Source of the DNA: Setoptus koraiensis
Lineage: Eukaryota; Animalia; Arthropoda
Assembly (NCBI GenBank): GCA_048013815.1
Contig: CM106585.1
Coordinates: 8,308,001 to 8,372,000 of the forward strand
Direction: 5' to 3'
DNA length: 64,000 bases
Part shown: in pieces, positions 61,894 to 64,000 of the stretch
Layout of the letters: each line of letters opens with the position of its first letter
Position numbering within the stretch: position 1 is the first letter of the stretch
The notes under the pieces: model-generated
What the model was told of the DNA's origin: nothing
Database searches by the model: none
What the model saw: only the letters and a program-made list of their open reading frames with translations
Position numbers and translations under genes: made by a program

Positions 61894-62569
61894 GCTAGAC
61901 TCTGGCGACTGGAGAGAAAATTTATGCCATCGGGCCGGCCCAGATTGACTGCACACATTAGAGATGAGCAATCACATTTGCATCTGAATTAATTACGTGA
62001 TAAGCTCTCAATTGTGTGCTAAGCCGTCGTTAAGATCATGGCGAGAGATTAGTTTGTTCGTCGTGATTAATTAACACAAATCGTCATCTGTCAGCGAGTG
62101 TCAGCTGTTAAATTATGGCCATAACATAACATGCCCATTACATACATTACTAGTACATGTTACATTATATAATACATAATATGTAAGCAGCCAATTGACA
62201 GATAGTGGCAGTTATGAGAAGCGTCTGCACTTGTTCCAATCAGCTGCTAATTGGGCAAGCGCCAACAGGCACAAGTCGAGCATGACAGTCCGATGACAGT
62301 CAACAAACGACGACAAACACATACAACAACAACAACAACAACAAACGAACCAATTGTGCAACAGCGTCGAGCGCGTGCTCCGGCCAGCAGCGGCACAAAT
62401 ATCCGATTTGCCGACAGCGACTATCGGCAGACAAAAAACATACAAGAAAACACAGATAACGCGATGGACATGAAACAAAAAACTGACAACTGTTTGCCTA
62501 TTGTCACTATTGCATGGGTGGCGGCGACACTTTCAATCGGGGCCAGATCACTGACAGAATAATTTAGAT

Positions 62570-62986
62570 ATGGGTCAAAAATGGTGCTGTCAATGGGGCA
62601 CGAAAGCTGGCCCGACGAGACGAGTATCGGACAGCAGAAACAGGCCCACGGATAAGAGCCACAACAGTAGGTCAAAATCAAAACGGGCCCGGCAACAGGA
62701 AGCTTGTGAGGCCGACAAGTTGCAGTCGGGCCGACAGAGGGGCCAGCGCAAAGAACAAATGGACACTCGGTTGTTGAAGGAATCGCCAGAAGAGGCGCGT
62801 CGTCGATTGATTGCGGACGCCGCGCTCACCGGGGCCGTCATTCGTGGCAGCAAATCGCCGGCGGCAGCGGACAGCGCCACCAACGAATCGTTTCCGCCGC
62901 CCGAATTGCTAGAATCAAGCCGCTCGGACTCGCATGGTTTGACGCCCAAATCCGCGCCCTCTTCCGGCCCGTTCGACTACCGTTGA
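62570..62986 (+). CDS. Candidate small hypothetical protein, 138 aa (unverified)
   Basis: ATG-initiated, GC-rich, non-repetitive ORF with an MG..WCC N-terminus. No family recognised with confidence, and the antisense frame is also open. Confidence 0.25.
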   Translation: MGQKWCCQWGTKAGPTRRVSDSRNRPTDKSHNSRSKSKRARQQEACEADKLQSGRQRGQRKEQMDTRLLKESPEEARRRLIADAALTGAVIRGSKSPAAADSATNESFPPPELLESSRSDSHGLTPKSAPSSGPFDYR

Positions 62987-63234
62987 GCGGGCTTGAGTGG
63001 GCGTCGTTGATTTATTACATTTGCATCATTTTGCATCATTTGTGGTCGACAACAAGTCATCAATGGCAACACACACACACTGATTGGCAATTAGTTAATT
63101 ATGGGCCACTGATCACCAATCGACCAATCAACCAATTACCAATCACCAATTACCGGTCAACAATCAACAGCTGACATTGAGGCAATCGATCAGCCATTAT
63201 TGACGCGACTGATCGATGTGGACTGGCCCGAATT

Positions 63235-63380
63235 CGGACGTGAATTTGGATGCGGATTCGAATGCGGATTTGAATGTGGATTTGATTGTGAATTTGTTGG
63301 TGAATTTGTTGGTGAATTTGCTGGTGAATTTGCTGGCGAATTTGCTGGTGAATTTGCTGGTGAATTTGCTGGTGAATTTG
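63235..63380. repeat. 12-bp minisatellite (GAATTTGCTGGT and variants)
   Basis: Directly visible just downstream of the Skeletor-like stop codon. Confidence 0.9.
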
Positions 63381-63411
63381 AACTAGTGTTGAATTGTATC
63401 AGTTGCGTAAA

Positions 63412-64000
63412 TCAATTGTTTGCCGGCTGCTCGTCGCTGACCAGTATCTTCCAGCCCATGTTGCGCTGCGTCCAACTCTGATAATAAACGACGTCCGGCG
63501 TGCTCACGTTGGGCGTCCACTGCAAAATGCCCGCCTGGCCGGCCAGACAGGTGTAATTGAGACTGGACCGGAACTGGGCAAACGATTGGTGTGTGTCCGC
63601 TTTTCTAATGTCGTTGATGTTGTTGGGCAGCCACGAGCACAGTCGGCCCACGCCCGTGGGCACCGGCTTGCCCACGGGCCCGTGCTGTTTGCTCGGCTCA
63701 AACTCAATGCCCGCAAATATTTTCTGTTGGCGCCGTTGTGTCACATTCTGCAAATAATATCCGCCATACGGATCGTCCGTTATGTACAACGGATGATAGA
63801 ACCGGTAAGACTGGTCAAATGTTTGTCCGCCCTCCACCCTAAATGTGTACGTTTTGCCCCGTTGAACGTGCAAAATGGGCGCTATCAATCCGTTTATGTA
63901 CCACACCAGACCCGCCGATCCGTGGCCGGTCATTTTCAGGTAGCCCTTGGTGACGCCAGGATGACCCAAGCGAGCATAAAAGGTTGTCGCTGTCTTGTTC
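63412..64000 (-). CDS. Skeletor/Knickkopf-like (DM13/DOMON family) protein, C-terminal part; 5' end lies beyond the window
   Basis: The frame is open from the window edge: TTFYARLGHPG...WYINGLIAPILHVQRGKTYTFRVEGG...YHPLYITDDPYGGY...VPTGVGRLCSW...LQWTPNVSTPDVVYYQSWTQRNMGWKI, matching the Skeletor/Knk C-terminal domain. Confidence 0.85.
   Translation of the reverse strand, partial: NKTATTFYARLGHPGVTKGYLKMTGHGSAGLVWYINGLIAPILHVQRGKTYTFRVEGGQTFDQSYRFYHPLYITDDPYGGYYLQNVTQRRQQKIFAGIEFEPSKQHGPVGKPVPTGVGRLCSWLPNNINDIRKADTHQSFAQFRSSLNYTCLAGQAGILQWTPNVSTPDVVYYQSWTQRNMGWKILVSDEQPANN

Noticed and set aside
44969-62478. Dozens of 60-280 aa ORFs in the gene-poor block
   Set aside because: They are built from micro- and minisatellites, overlap in multiple frames and show no domain motifs; they are expected in GC-richer repetitive DNA.

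Overview
This is eukaryotic nuclear DNA from an arthropod, with GT-AG introns and no CRISPR, rRNA or tRNA that I can support. A mite with a very compact, intron-poor genome (possibly eriophyoid) is my inference from gene structure and the chelicerate-type cuticle protein; it is not an identification. The window has five blocks. (1) 0.6-14.5 kb: eight tightly packed housekeeping genes (TMEM9, PIP4P/TMEM55, V-ATPase C, CDC6, Nup50-like, SNAPC1, PSMB6, APC4), with a Tc1/mariner-type MITE between CDC6 and Nup50 and a 30-nt antisense overlap of the Nup50 and SNAPC1 coding ends. (2) 15-24.4 kb: a giant (~1,840-1,875 aa) cuticle protein, consisting of one chitin-binding domain plus a Q/N/T-rich tail, and its upstream region. 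(3) 24.4-32.6 kb: an extremely AT-rich island with no ORFs, ending at a 500-N scaffold gap. (4) 33-44 kb: neutral ceramidase, a diverged triplicated repeat, and egalitarian. (5) 44-63 kb: a ~19 kb region with no recognisable gene but many minisatellites and perfect palindromes, followed by the 3' part of a Skeletor/Knickkopf-like gene that runs off the edge. All protein calls come from remembered family motifs, not database searches. I found no clearly established new system. The best leads are the AT island, the MITE carrying cell-cycle promoter motifs, the FG-less Nup50, the overlapping CDSs, the tandem splice-donor array and the palindrome/minisatellite clusters.
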